DNA from: the human T2T-CHM13v2.0 reference genome, Homo sapiens
Assembly: GCF_009914755.1 (NCBI RefSeq)
Contig: NC_060935.1
Length of the DNA: 64,000 bases
Strand: one strand, 5' to 3'
Positions 24,505-38,489 of this stretch are shown one piece after another. The number at the start of each line of letters is the position of its first letter. Position 1 is the stretch's first letter. Both the position numbers and the translations under genes were made by a program. Under the pieces are notes generated by a model. That model did not search any database. It saw nothing but the letters and a program-made list of their open reading frames with translations, and was not told the DNA's origin.

Positions 24505-25062
24505 GTGAGTGTGAACAGGGGGACCCAGGGGCGGGGATGAAGCCACAGCTAAATCTCACTCTACCCTGCCCCTCCCATCCACTCACTCCTTCAGCTCATT
24601 CCCCAGCACTTCAGGGGACCTGCAAAGTGCCAGGGGAGGGGCACCACCCAGGCAGACCAGACGCAGACTGTGCATGTCCAGGAGAAGAAGACAGGGATAC
24701 TCTTTCAATACACAAGCCAGGGTGGAAAGTGAGGTCCATGCTCATGGTCATTCCGAGAAAGGAAAGATGCTAGAAGATCTCCTGTAAGAGTCCTGCTGGG
24801 CCTTGGTGAGCAGAGAGGACTTAGAAATACCACAGGGAAAGCTGGAGAATGCACGGAGGAGTGTGGGCAGGGTCGCCACTGAAACCACGCCTGGCTCCAT
24901 CCAACGAAGGCAAAGGTAGGAGAAGGAAAGTGGAAAGAAATCAGACAGAGAGATTTAATCCCATGATGGGGCTGGATTGTGGAGGGCTTGGTGCCTTCTG
25001 CAGGCACTGGGAGGCGATGGAGGCTTTGAACAGGAGGGTATGAGCTTTATGTCAGGCTCAGA

Positions 25063-25126
25063 GAACACGGCAATGAAGATCATGAACACGGCAGCGAAGG
25101 TCATGAACATAGCAGTGAAGGTCATG
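25063..25126. repeat. 21-bp tandem repeat x3
   Basis: Unit approximately gaacacggcagtgaaggtcat. Confidence 0.75.
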
Positions 25127-26548
25127 GCATTTATCTTCTGGTGCCTTGTAGACACCCGTAAAGCAAACTAACAAAGATGGTTGCCAAGCATGAGAAGTGC
25201 TGAAAGGAAGCAGGCAGGATAATATGAGTCATTCTAAGCTCAGCTGGGACGGTCTGGAGTCCCTGAGCAGGTATCACGGAACCGAGTCTTCACAGTTCAG
25301 AGGGCAACAACCACGGAAGAGCCCGGTCGGGAAACGCCATGGCTGGACAGGGGACCAGAGTGCCGGACCATCACAGGCAAGGGGTGGGCCGAGAGGGAGA
25401 GGCCGGGGAGGTGACTCAGAGCCTAAATGCCAAGTTCAGGATTTGTTTTAAGGACAATGAGAGACCACAGAGGCTTCAGCAGGGAATTCCTTGCCCTGTT
25501 TCCATACTTGAGAGGTATCCCAGGTGCTGGGCAGAGAATGGGTTGTGGAGGGGCAGGACTAGAAGCGAGGACTCTCCGGACCAAACCCAGTGTCCCCCGG
25601 GCTGTGAGCTCCAGGAGGACAAGACCTGACTTACTCTCTCCTGGACTCACAGCACTTTGCATAGTGCCTGGCATGCAGTAGGTGCTCAATAAAAGCTTTT
25701 GGCTTAATCAATTAATGGATTTCTTGTGAGGCTGTTCTGATCTCAATGACCTCCTGATTGCCATTTAAAAAGAAGAATCAGGGGTCTTTAAACCTGAAGA
25801 GGTCCTAGAGTCCCCAGCCCACCCATGAATGTTTCCCCTTGGGGCAGTTTAACCAGAAGGCTCCAGCTACGGGTCACGAGACCGTCAGGTTCGGGCTGCA
25901 CGGGGATGGTGACCCCTGGGTGGCTGCCTGGACCACCCCAGGAGTCACTTGCCCTGCACGCTCTTTAGACCCTGGAGTCCTAGGCCTCTCAGCCCACCCA
26001 GACTTCAGACCTTCAGCTCCTGCCTCTCCTGTCTCCCCTGCCTGGTGCCCCACCAGTGTCTGCAGTGCCTCACTCCGCCAGCCACTTCCTGGAACCTCAT
26101 AGAAATGAACTCAACCCCTCTCCCAACCAGGCCTCAGTGTCCACAGCAAAGAGCCTCCCCCAACCCATGCCCCTGAGCAGGCCTCAGCTGCAGCTTCTCC
26201 TGCGAGGTGCTGGGCCTGGGGGAGAGGGAGCCACAGTACGGGGTAAGCTGGAGGCTGCAAACTCCACCCAGAAAGGCTGTAAAGGAGGTGGTGCCCTTCT
26301 CCCTAGCAGCTTCCAAGAAGACGAGAGAAGGAAAGAGAGACAACAAGACCTCCTCCCGAGGTCCCAGGGGAGGAGAAGAGAAAAGGGGAGCAGTCAATGA
26401 GAACACAGCTGTGTGCAGGGTGGTGTGGCCACTGCCTCCTTGGCTGTGGGAGGCAGCGTGCTGGGGGCTGGGCAGCTGAGCCACAGCCCCTGCCTTTTCT
26501 CCTTCTCTTTGCCTATTCCCTCTGCTCCTGTCTCTCTGCTCTCTGCAG

Positions 26549-26641
26549 GTGAGGAGCAGCCTGGGCACCAACATCCTCAGCGTCATGGCGGCCTTTGCTG
26601 GGACAGCCATTCTGCTCATGGATTTTGGTGTTACCAACCGG
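26549..26641 (+). CDS. MS4A15: MS4A15 coding exon 4 (TM3)
   Basis: ctgcag|VRSSLGTNILSVMAAFAGTAILLMDFGVTNR|gtgcgt. Confidence 0.96.
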
Positions 26642-26993
26642 GTGCGTTGTCAGATGGCCCTCGGGGTGGGAAAACTTGGAAAATGATGCAGCCATGTCCA
26701 GGAGGGTAGGGAGGTGAGAGTTTGCAGCGCCAGGACGTTGGCAGGGCCTGCCAGTCCCTATAGACCCCATGAATCCATGGATCCTCTGAGCCTTCCCCAA
26801 GATAGGCATCAGAAGGAGCAAGGAGGCAGCCTGCAGGGTGAAGGGGAGGGTGCAGGACTGGCGGCAGGGGGACTGGCTCCAGGCACAGCTCTGCTCCCAA
26901 CTAGCCGCATGACCTTGGGCAAGTGGTTCTCACTCGGGGGACCCCCTTACTCTAGAACTCTGGGCTCACCTTTCTGTGGGTTTTGGTCCCCAG

Positions 26994-27107
26994 GATGTGG
27001 ACAGGGGCTATCTGGCCGTGCTTACTATCTTCACTGTCCTGGAGTTCTTCACAGCGGTCATTGCCATGCACTTCGGGTGCCAAGCCATCCATGCCCAGGC
27101 CAGTGCA
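26994..27107 (+). CDS. MS4A15: MS4A15 coding exon 5 (TM4)
   Basis: cccag|DVDRGYLAVLTIFTVLEFFTAVIAMHFGCQAIHAQASA|gtgagt. Confidence 0.97.
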
Positions 27108-27287
27108 GTGAGTACCCCCACCCCCACCCCCACGTCCACTAAACCTGAGCTGAGCCTGTGTGGAAGGCAGTTGGCTGGGAGCGCGCTCTGCCTCCAGACC
27201 CCTCCCTCTGCACTCTGGGAAGCAATAAGAAGAGACAGCGCTAGGAAGGGTGTCCCATCCATGTCAGGGGGCCCAAAGAAGTCTTTG

Positions 27288-27590
27288 GGCTGGGCATGGT
27301 GACTCACACCCATAACCCCAGCACTTTGAAAAATGAGATGGGAGGATCTCTTGAGCCCTGGAGTTTGAGACAAGCCTGGGCAACATAAAAAGATCCTATC
27401 GCTACAAAAAAAAATGTATTTTTAATTAGCCACGTGTGATGGTACGTGCCTGTACTCCTAGCTAGTTGGGAGGCTGAGGCAGGAGGATCGCTTGAGCCCA
27501 GGAGGTTGAGGCTGCAGTGAGCTATGATCACACCACTGCCCTTCAGCCTGGGTGACAGAGGAAGGCTGTCTCTAAAACCAAAACAAAACC
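27288..27590 (+). mobile_element. Alu (AluJ-like)
   Basis: ggaggatcgcttgagcccaggagg diagnostic. Confidence 0.9.
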
Positions 27591-28042
27591 AAAGACGTCT
27601 TCGCAGGTCAGTGAAGACAGGACTGCTCTCCCCGTGGCACTGGGTGCACCAGCACCCACAGGGCCACTGCTCTGTGCAGCCCCACAGGCAGCCTTGCAGA
27701 ATAGAAGGCCCAGGCTCAGGGCATGGGGGCAGTGCTGCACCCAGAGGAGTGAGACTTTTTGGAGTTCCCAGGCCACATGGGAGACAGGGGCATCAGGGAG
27801 GGCAGCATGATAGAGATGGAAATTAAGCTTTGATTTCCAAAAAAAATGGAGGACAGTGATGACAGAAAGGGGCTGGAGGGAGTGTTCAAGGCAGGGGAAC
27901 CAGTTGGAGCAAAGGCTGCCTCGGGCAGGCAAATGCAGGCCACAGGGTGGGGTGCCCTTGGCAGGTGCACGATGGGATGCATTGAGGGTGAGGGGATTGA
28001 AGGTCTGAGCAGGGGAGTGAGCTGGTTGAGGGAAATCAGTCA

Positions 28043-28647
<605 letters not shown>

Positions 28648-28768
28648 TCAGACTTGCGGAATTCAGTACCAGGGCGCTGTTCTCAGATTACCCACAAGGG
28701 GGCACTATTGAACCACTACCCTGAAGCTCCAGCGTCCTCCAGGACGCTCAGTGCTGTTTTCTTTGCAG

Positions 28769-28879
28769 CCTGTGATCTTCCTGCCAAACGCCTTCAGCGC
28801 AGACTTCAACATCCCCAGCCCGGCAGCCTCTGCGCCCCCTGCCTATGACAATGTGGCATATGCCCAAGGAGTCGTCTGA
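28769..28879 (+). CDS. MS4A15: MS4A15 last coding exon (C-tail with PPAY)
   Basis: ttgcag|PVIFLPNAFSADFNIPSPAASAPPAYDNVAYAQGVV*; exons sum to 240 aa. Confidence 0.96.
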   Translation, partial: PVIFLPNAFSADFNIPSPAASAPPAYDNVAYAQGVV

Positions 28880-29871
28880 GTAGCAGATGTGGCACCTGCG
28901 GGTGGAGTCCAGCCTTTTCCCTCTGGGCCCAGCCTCTCCCCACCCCCACCTTGTTCATCAGGGGCCAGCCCCATCCCAGCTGCCCTCCCTCACCACATCT
29001 ACACATACTCCGGCATCTGAGTGAAGTGTCCCCAGGGACATCTCTCCCACACTTTCCGCAGTGCTTTCTTTCTAAAAGACACCGGGCTGACGTCAGGGGT
29101 GTGTGTCCTTCAGCTCCCTGAGCCCTGTCACCCTTCCAGGACACCCACCTTGTGCATCTAAGCATTTCTCTGCTCATTGGGGAAATCCTGGCCTCATTGG
29201 AGACTCAGGTTCGAGGCCTGCCCTGACCCTCGGGCCTCGGGAAGGTCAGAGAGCCCGGAATCCTCCAGAATGGAAGAGTCTGACTCTGGCATTCCACAGA
29301 GGTGCCGATACCAGGCCAAGGCCTCACAGCAGGGTAGTGGCCTGGCCGCAGGTCTCCTGGCCCCAAGATCAGCTCTGTCCTTTGTCATCTGTTGCCACAT
29401 CCATGGAACTCAGGTTTCCTATTTGGAAACTAGAGTGTTGAACCAGATAAGGTTCATCAGGCCCTTCCAGCTCCCCAGGCTCCCTGAAGTCCTGGGTCTA
29501 GGCCAGGCATTGTCCCCCTGCTTCCTGGAAACCCTCATTTTCCTTGTCTGTAATATGAAGTCAGCATTGGCCCCGCCCCCCACCCCCTACCATCTCCCAG
29601 TGGAGGGGAGGTTGCAGGGGAGAGCTGCCGCCAGCCCACTCCTGAGGCACCACCACAGTCAGCATCGACAGGGGCACAGCAGTGGCAGTTTGGGACCTCC
29701 CTGTGCCTCTCAGCACTCCCTTCCCCACCCCCATAGCCCAAGGACAAGGCTACCACAGAAGGTTACCACAGGACCTGGGCTTCGTCTCCAGGGGACAAGG
29801 AGACACTGTCAGCCTGGTGTTCACCAGGCCTGGTAGATGAGATGGCTTGTCTCATCCACACCACAGAAGGA

Positions 29872-29877
29872 AATAAA
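29872..29877 (+). terminator. MS4A15: MS4A15 polyadenylation signal
   Basis: AATAAA ~1 kb after the stop, followed by GT/T-rich sequence. Confidence 0.8.
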
Positions 29878-31239
29878 CCATGTGGCTTAAATTTTGAGCT
29901 GGTCTTGTTGCAATGACTTTTTCTTTTTAACCTCAGGGGCTTCCAAGGGTCATCCCATGTTTATCAGAGGACCTGGGTAACTATCCCACTGTCACAAAAG
30001 GGCACCTCTGGGTGCCTCGCTCTGTGTGGTGTAATCCTTACACTTACTCTGTCCCCATCTCGGTTCAAACAAACATGCCTTCATATCCCCACTCCACAAC
30101 TAAGGACACTGAAGCTTAAAGGTGTTAAATTATATGCCCAAGGCCACCGAGCTAGTTAGGAGCAAAACTGGGATCCAAACCTAGTTCCATGTGACGTCAG
30201 AGTCCGTGTTCTCACCACTTGGTCTCCCCTTAGTACAAACCTAAGTGCTTCCCACCAACCCCTTTTCCTCCTTCCTTCTGTTTCTTCATCCCCAAAACTA
30301 AGGCAGGGCTGCATTCCTCAACACACTCACTTCTTCTTCACCCAACAAACTCCCCCTCCTCCTTTAAGGCCCTATTTAAACGTTGCCCCTTCTGTGAAGT
30401 CTTCCCAAAGGAAGGGTGGTCCACGTGGTAGCTAAGTGCCGTGACCACAACACTGGAATGAGGGTGGGGCAAGGGAGGTGCCATTCAAGGGGACATTCAC
30501 TCTCAGGATCATGCCAGTGCAGAGTTGGTGTAAGGGGTACAACAAGCTTTGGCTTTTACAATCAAGAAAGGAGACTCGAGGATTTAGAGCTTTGAGTTTA
30601 AGATCATTAAGTATAGAGTTGGAGGAAATGTACTTGAAGATTTAGGACCAGTTTTCTTGCCATATAAAGGAGACTAGAGACATTTCAGAACTGAGGGGAG
30701 GAGTTGGGGGAGAGAGAGGGAGAAAAAGAGAGAGGTTAGCCCCAAGCTGGGATTGCTTCCCTCTCTCCTCTGCTGACCAAATCCCTCAGGAAGTGTGTAG
30801 GCCAAAAACCACAGGTCCATTAAGAGGAATTAGAGACTACAAGGTCACTAGAGATGTCCCATATTCAGACAGCATGGAGCCACAACATAAAGATGGCTGG
30901 GGACTGTGCCTGGTGACACAATAGTCCTGCATTCCCATGTAGTGTATCAGTCCAAGCGTGAGAAAGCTCTCTGTGTTTCCTGAGCTGGCCAGTGGCCAGA
31001 TGTGCAATGTGGATTACGTGAGACTATAACTTTATAACAAATATGAGCAGCAAATAAGAGTGGGGACAGTGGCCACCACTGAGAGAACAGCAAGGACAAA
31101 CTATACCTCAGCAGAGGCTAGCAAGGACAGATGAGGGCTAAGGGCTTATGGACTGGAAGTCATTGGAAGTGACTGAGTTATCCTCAATTGGCAAAATTAA
31201 GTTTTCTACCACTACTGAGAGTAAATGGGAGGTAGAGAT

Positions 31240-33230
31240 ATAATTTCTGTGAAAAAGAACGCTGAGAACTACAAAATGTTACTAAGAGAAATTAACAAAG
31301 ATCTAAGTCAATGAAATGATATCCTATGTTCATGAACTGAGAAGCTCAAGTTTGTTAAAATGGCATTGATTTTCAAAATTTATCTATAAATTCAATATGA
31401 TTCCATTCAAAATTTTAGCAGTTTATTTTGGGGAAATTGACAAGTCAATTCTAAAATTCATATGGAAATTCAAAGGATCTTAAAAAATACAAGAAAACTT
31501 AAAGACAAAGTTGGAGGATTTAAACAACCTGATTTCAAGATTTACTACTTAGCAATAATTTAGACAGCATAGTTTTAGCCCAAAAATAGACAAAAAGGCC
31601 AATGGAATAAAATAGAGAGCTCAGAAACAGACCCTCACATACAGTCCTTTGATCTATGGCAAAGACACCCATAATTAAGTGGATAAATGACGTTCTTTTT
31701 AATCAATGGTGCTGAAGCAATTAGATATTGGCATAGAAAAAAATGCACCTTAATTCCTACCTCACACCGTACATAAAAATTAATTCAGGATGAGTCACAG
31801 ATCTAAATTTTATAACAAAGCAAGCTTCTAAGAGAAAACATAGGAAAATATTATTTGGGGATAAGCAAAGATTTACTAAACTAGAAATGCAAAAAACACT
31901 AACCACAAAAGACATAAAAACCATAAAAGAAATTGGAGTTTATTAAAAATTAAGAGCTCTGTTTATCAAAAATCACATTGTAAGTGTGAAAATGCAAAAC
32001 ATATACTGGGAGAGAATTTTGAAATGCATCATATCTGACACAGGTCTCATGTGCAGAACATATAAATAACTCCTAAAAATAATAAGTAGGCCAGGTGCAC
32101 TGGCTCATCATGCCTGTAATCCCAGCACTTTGAGAGGCCAAGGTGGCTGGATCGCCTGAGGTCAGGAGTTCAAGACCAGCCTAGCCAACATGGTGAAACC
32201 TCGTCTCTATTGAAAATACAAAAATTAGCTGGGCATGGTGGCATGTGCCTGTAATCCCAACTACCTGGGAGGCTGAGGCAAGAGAATCACTTGAACCTGG
32301 GGGGCAGAGGTTGTAGTGAACTGAGACTGTGCCACTGTGCTCCATCCTGGACAACAGAGTGAGACTCTTGTCTCAAAAAAATAAATAAATAAAATTAAAT
32401 AAATAAATACATAAAAGAGAGCTCAATTTAAAATGGGCAAAGAACTTGAGCAGACATGTCACAAAAGAAGATATAGAAGTGGCCAATAAATGTGCTCAAC
32501 ATCATTAGTCCTTAGAGAAATAGAAATTAAAACTACAATGAGATACCGCAACACACTAGAATGGCTAAAAATTTAAAAGACTGACTATAGAAGTGTTGAT
32601 TAGCTTGGGAAGCTAGTCTTCTTATACATTGCTGGTGGGAGTAAAAATTAATACAACCACTTTGGAAAAAAATGTTTGGCAATATCTACTAAAGCTAAAC
32701 ATACACATTCAGTATAACCCAACAATTTTATTCCTGGATATGGACCCAACAGAAATCACTAAAAGACATGGACAAGAGATTTTGATGACAGCTTTATTTA
32801 TCATAGGCAAAAACTTGAAACCACTGAAATGTCCATCAACCATAGAGGTAAATAAACTGTTCTATATTCGTTAAAAAGGAATAAATAAAAAGAACAAACT
32901 ACCAATACATCTAACACACGAATGAATGTCTACGTGAAAGAAGACAAATAGAAAAGAGCACATCCTGGGTTATTCCAGTGATAGGAATTTCAAGAACGGT
33001 TTAGATAAACTAATGGTAGTAGAAGTCAGCACAGTTGTTGGCCCTTGGGAGCAGCAGGGGAGGGGAGTGTGAGGTAGCCTCCTGGGGCAGTGCAGATCTT
33101 CATATCTTGATCTGAGTTATGGCTGCATGAGTGTATACATAGATAAAAATTAACCAAATTGGACACACCTGTGCACTTTACTGTATGTTGTTGCCTCCAT
33201 TTTTTTAAGTGGGAAAAAAATAAATTAAAA
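31240..33230 (+). mobile_element. Old L1 (L1M) 3' fragment containing an Alu (~32089-32415)
   Basis: A-rich ORF2 3' words (ctaaaattcatatggaa, caatggaataaaatagagag, ctacctcacaccgtacataaaaattaa, tgtccatcaac). Confidence 0.85.
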
Positions 33231-33239
33231 AGTTACTAT

Positions 33240-33780
33240 ATTAGCTATCTATTTCTGCACAATAAATGACCACACACTTAATGGCTTAAAGCCACACACA
33301 TATATATTACCTCACGATTTCTGTGGTCAGATACAGGTGCATCTTGGTTGGGTCCCCTGGTTAGGGCTTCACAAAGCTGCACTCAAGATGGCGGCTGGGC
33401 TGCACTCTTATCTGGAGACTCAACTGGTGAAGAATCCACTTCCAAGCTCACTCAGGTTGATGGCAGAATTCATTTTCTTGAAACTCTGGGACTGAGGGCC
33501 ATAGCTTCTTTCTGACTGTCATTACCCTCAGCCCCTAGAGGCTGTGCTAAGCTCCTTGCCAAGGGAGCCTCATAACATGGACATTTACTTGTTTGAAACC
33601 AGCTGGGGAGTGATCCCTATAGCAAGTTGACTAGCAGGATGAAGATTTATATAACAACATAATTATGGAAGTGCCACCCCATCACCTTTGCAATAGGTTA
33701 CTGGTTAGAAGCAAGTCACAGGTGCTACCCACACTCAAAGGGAAGGGTTATTGGGACCGCCTTAGAATTTGTCTGCCTCA
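33240..33780. mobile_element. MaLR LTR (MLT1-like)
   Basis: tattagctatctatttctgc...gaagaatccacttccaagctcactcaggt...gaagcaagtcacagg. Confidence 0.7.
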
Positions 33781-33879
33781 GTTACAGTTCTGCTCATTTA
33801 AATTTGTAATTTTGAAAATGCAAATTCAATGTATTTAATTTTCTCCCAGTTTAAAAAGCCCTATCTATACCCCCTAAAA

Positions 33880-35100
33880 CCCTTCAGCTGCAGGTTAATT
33901 TTTCTCCTCTCCTTTATTTTCCTCACTGTCACTCAACCCATTGAAATCACTCTCTGTAAGGTTATTGCATTGACCTTGTCACCAAAATCAATAGGCTTTT
34001 AAAAATCCTTGTTTTAATAATAGCTCTCTCCATTTCTTAAATGTTGCCTACCCATAGATTTCCTCTGTGTACACTACCTACTCTCTACATGATCTCATCC
34101 ACCACTTCAGGTTCATTTCATCTTTTATTCAGCAAGTGCTGATTGGGTGTGTGCTGTGTAAGCTCTGGAGACACCAGACATTAGCCAAGATCTCTGTTCT
34201 CATGGAGCTCACATTAGCCATCTATCACCATCCTGACAGTTTTCAAATCACTGTCTTCCACCCAGATCTCTTTTGCTGAGACAGCCTCAGCATCTACTTT
34301 CTTGTCTCACAAAAAGGAATTTACATCTTCTCTTCCAACTCAAGCCATTTCCCCTCCTGTGTTCCTGATGTCAGTTGACGTCCCTATAGACTTTGGGCCA
34401 CCCAAGACTGAACCCAAGCATCATTCTTGGTTTCCCCTCTCTCTAAGCCACACAGAATCATCCTCCACTGATTCTCCTTGCTCTGGTTTCTCAACTGAGT
34501 CCACTCTCCTTATCCTCCTCCTTTGAGCCACATCACTTTTCACCTGCATCTTTGAACCACACCACCTTTGAACCACGTCACCCTTCACCTACATCAGGCG
34601 TCAGCCTCCTGCCACGTCCCCAGCTCTGAGCCTGCCCCATGCATCTCTTGACTAGATGACAGCCAGAGGGATTTTTCTAAAGTACAAAGTCATCATGTTA
34701 CTGTTCTGCCTAAACTTATTCAGGCTCTCCTTTGCCCTTGGGCTAAAGTCCAAATGCTCTAGCAACACTTACAAAGCCCTGGAGATGTAGCAGTTCACCT
34801 CTCCAGCCCCATCCCTCCTCACCCTCCACTTACACTTGACCCCGAGCCATCCTGAGTCTCCGTGAGCTCCATCTGCCTGGAAGGCTGCTCTCTGCCTGCT
34901 TCCAACCCTCCTATTTGTCCTGCTTAGCTCCCAACCCCACTTCAGACCTTCATTTAGATACCACTTCCTCCAGGAAGCCTTATCTGGCCTCATCCCCCAA
35001 CCCCTTCTAGATTAGGGGAACTCCTCCAGGCTCTCGCCACACCCACATCTCAGTATCACATCACTCACCCGTCCACAGCACAGTTACCTGTCTCCCTGTT
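33880..35100. mobile_element. Degenerate L2 fragments
   Basis: Pyrimidine-rich L2 words (catcactttt, aaagtccaaat, cttcctccaggaagcctt). Confidence 0.55.
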
Positions 35101-35124
35101 CATCTTATTCAATGGACTTCATAT

Positions 35125-35530
35125 TCTTTCCCTATTGCTGCTGTAACAAATTACCATGAACTTAGTGGCCTAACATAACACAGACTTATTATTAGACAGT
35201 TCTGAGGTCAGAGGTCCTAAAATCCAGGTGTCGGCAGGGCTGAGTTCCTTCTGGAGGCTCCAGGGAGGCCCCGCTTCCTTGCCTTTTCCAGCTTCTAGAG
35301 GCCACCTGCCTTGCTTGGCTTGGGACCTTGGCCTCCACCTGCCAAGCTCTTCCACTCACTCTGACCCTCTTGCCTCCCGCTTGGGAATACATTGGGCCCA
35401 CTGAATAATCTATCCCTATCAACAACTTTGACTTAATCATCTGCAAAGCCCTTTTCACTGCATAAGGTAACGTATTCACAGATTCTAGGGATGTGGACAT
35501 TGTTGAGGTGCCATTGCTCTGACTACCACA
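35125..35530. mobile_element. MaLR LTR (MLT1C/D-like)
   Basis: ctgctgtaacaaattaccatgaacttagtggc...ccttttccagcttctagagg...taaggtaacgtattcacag. Confidence 0.8.
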
Positions 35531-36417
35531 AATTCTGAGCTCCTCAAGGCCAGGGGCAGCCTCTTGCCCACTCCTGGATCCCCAGCATGTCGCACAGCGC
35601 CTGGCCCAAGTAAGTGCTCATTAGCTGTTTTATCAATGAACGGATCAGTTAATGAACAAGGGTATCAGGGGGGTGGGGGGCTGTCTTCCTACTCAGCAAA
35701 AAAGCACTGGTCCTGGAAAAACACTCACCCCATGTTTGAGGAGCTAAAGTCGTGGGTGATGAACGGGTGCAAGGCAACCAATGACAGTGATTATTGGCCT
35801 CACGTGTCTCAGCATTACAGTGGGCAGGCAAGTGCCTTCAGAAGAAACAGGTCTCTCTCAAAGCTACTGGCTGCTGCTCAGCCTGGCCCCCTACCCCTCA
35901 GGGGAAGCCTGCATAGTCCAGCAGGTCTGAGAGGGGTGAGTGGCCTTTTGCCTGATTGTGTGTGTGACATCGAAGTCTATGCCACATTGAACATGCATGA
36001 CAGCTGAGCACGAGCGACCCCGGAAGCACACAGCAACTAAAATAATTAGGCACGGCCACTGACACGTGTGAGGCGCTGCTTTTAAGCATTTTACATATTC
36101 TAACTCATTTAACCCTCCAGCAACTTGATGGGTACTATTATCCCCATTTTATAGAGGGGAAAACTGAGGCCCACCAAAGTCAAATAACTTGCCCAAGGTC
36201 ACACAACATTAAGAGGTAGAATCAAGATTTGAACTCAGGCATCCCAGATGCAGAGTCAGCTCTGAAGTGCTATGCTGTGCTCAGCAAGTCAAAGTCAGTC
36301 AGTCCTGGCATCAGGGACTATCTGTACAGCCGCTGGCTCTGCCTCGCGCTTCCCTGTCCACCCTCAGCAGAGCGATGTGGAGAGAGAAGCCAGATGGAAA
36401 AGGAAGAGCCCAAGGCG

Positions 36418-36900
36418 GGATCTAGGGGTCGCTGGATCTGGGGGTCGCTGGATCTGGGGGTCACAGGATCTGGGGGTTGCTGGATCTGGGAGTTGTGGGA
36501 TCTGAGGGTTGTTGGATCTGGGGGTTGTGGGATCTGGGGGTTGCTGGATCTGGGAGTTGTGGGATCTGGGGGTTGCTGGATCTGGGAGTTGTGGGATCTG
36601 GAGGTTGCTGGATCTGGGGTTTGTTGGATCTGGGGGTCGTGGGATCTGGGGGTTGCTGGATCTGGGGGTCACTGGATCTGGGGGGGGTCACTGGATCTGG
36701 GGTCATAGGATCTGGGAGTCACAGGATCTGGGGGTCACGGGATCTGGGGGTTGTGGGATCTGGGGGTCATGGGATCTGGGGGTCACAGGATCTGAGGGTT
36801 GTGGGATCTGGGGGTCCCTGGATCTGGGGGTTGTGGTACCTGGGGGTCGCTGGATCTGGGGTCACTGGATCTGGGGGTCATGGGATCTGGGGGTCACTGG
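36418..36900. repeat. 16-bp G-rich minisatellite, ~30 copies
   Basis: GGATCT recurs at 36418, 36434, 36450, 36466...; unit ggatctgggggt(c/t)(gct/gtg/aca). Confidence 0.95.
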
Positions 36901-37197
36901 AGCCCACTCCACACCTCCTCCACCAGAACAGCCTCACGGAAGACCTTCACACTTCCCAGAGCAGCACCGTGCTCATGGAAAGATCAGGGCACAAGATGTG
37001 GCAACTGATTCTGTCAGATGCAATTTGTGGGCCATGCCTGGATCCTGGATCCTGATTTGAACAAATCAAAAGTAACAAGACATTTGTGAGATAATCAGAA
37101 ACTGAAGCTCCGACTAGTTATTTGATACCCGGTAAGTACCAAAAACTAGATAAGAACAGGTTTTTCTGACTCCTAGGGTTAAGCTTGTCCCCCACAA

Positions 37198-37539
37198 CAG
37201 GGCTCCCCAACCCCCAGGCCATGGAGCTATACCAGTCTGTGGCCTGTTAGGAACCAGGCCTCACAGCAGAAGGTGAGGGGCAACAGGCAAGCATGACCTA
37301 CCACCTGAGTGCCGCCTCCTGTCAGATCAGCCGCAGCAATAGATTCTCAAAGCAGAACGGGCCCTATTATGAATTGCACATGCAAGGGATCTAAGTGGTA
37401 CCCTCATGAGAATCGAATGCCTGATGATCTGAGGTGGACTAATTTCATCCCAGAACCATCCCCCATCCCCACCCCGGCCCATGGAAAAATTGTCTTCCAC
37501 GAAACTGGTCCCCAGTGCCAGAACGGTTGGGGACCACTG
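37198..37539. mobile_element. MER1B-like hAT MITE
   Basis: cagggctccccaacc...ggcctgttaggaacc...gaaactggtcccc...ggttggggaccactg. Confidence 0.85.
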
Positions 37540-37559
37540 CTCTATGAAAGTAGTTTCTT

Positions 37560-37864
37560 TTTTCCTTTCCTCTTTTTTTTTTTTTTTTTTTTTGAGACAG
37601 GGTCACACTGTGTTGCCCGGACTGAGGTGCAGTGGTGTGATCACAGCTCACTGGACTCAAGTGATGCTCCCACCTCAGCCTCTCGAGCAGCTGGAACCAT
37701 AGACAGGGACCAAGACACCTGGCTCATTTTTGAATTTTTGAATTTTTGTAGAGATGAGGTCTCGCTATGTTGCCCAGGCTGGTCTCAAGCTCTTGGCTCA
37801 AGTGATCCTCCCACTTTGGTCTCCCAAAGAGCTGGGATTGCAGGCATGAGCCACCGCCCGGCCC
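37560..37864 (-). mobile_element. Alu (AluJ-like)
   Basis: poly-T then gagacagggtcacac. Confidence 0.9.
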
Positions 37865-38489
37865 TTTAAAAGACTAGTTTCCAAATGTTCAACAGAGCTC
37901 TGTGGGGCTGCAGGGTTAAACTCTGAGCGTAAATAGACCTCAGTGAGCACCAGGACTCGGTTTTAATTTTTTTGTTCTGATCATGTGGTCACACTTTTTT
38001 TTTAAAGAGTCCATATCTTTTAGAGATAAATACTAAAATGCTTACAAATAAAATGGGAAGATATCTGAGTTTTGCTTACTTCTGGGGGAGAATAAGATTG
38101 GCCAAGAGCTGCTGATGGTGGCTGTAGCTCGCGAATGGGCACAGGGGTGTCATGGAACCATTCTCTCTACTTTTGTGAGTGCTTGAAATTTTCCAGAATT
38201 AAAAGAACTCTTTCAAAAGGTTCAACTTCTTACTCCACTCCCAGGATCTAAGACGATTACAACCACTTTCACTCCATCAGTCATGCCCTGAAAACAGATT
38301 AAATTATCAACATTTCCCTTGCCAAAGGAAATTTACAACTGTCAAGGAGAGACATAAAGAAGGGCACTAAGATTTTCACCTGCCGGGGTTTGGGGGGAGG
38401 GGGAAGGACTTTGACAGCTTCCATGCAACCGGGGCATGAAGCAGGGCGTGGGTCCAGGAGGGAGAAGATCCAAAGTCGAATGTTGTAAA

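Noticed and set aside
36229-37060. Overlapping repetitive ORFs (GSLDLGV / QIPQPPDP)
   Set aside because: By-products of the 16-bp minisatellite
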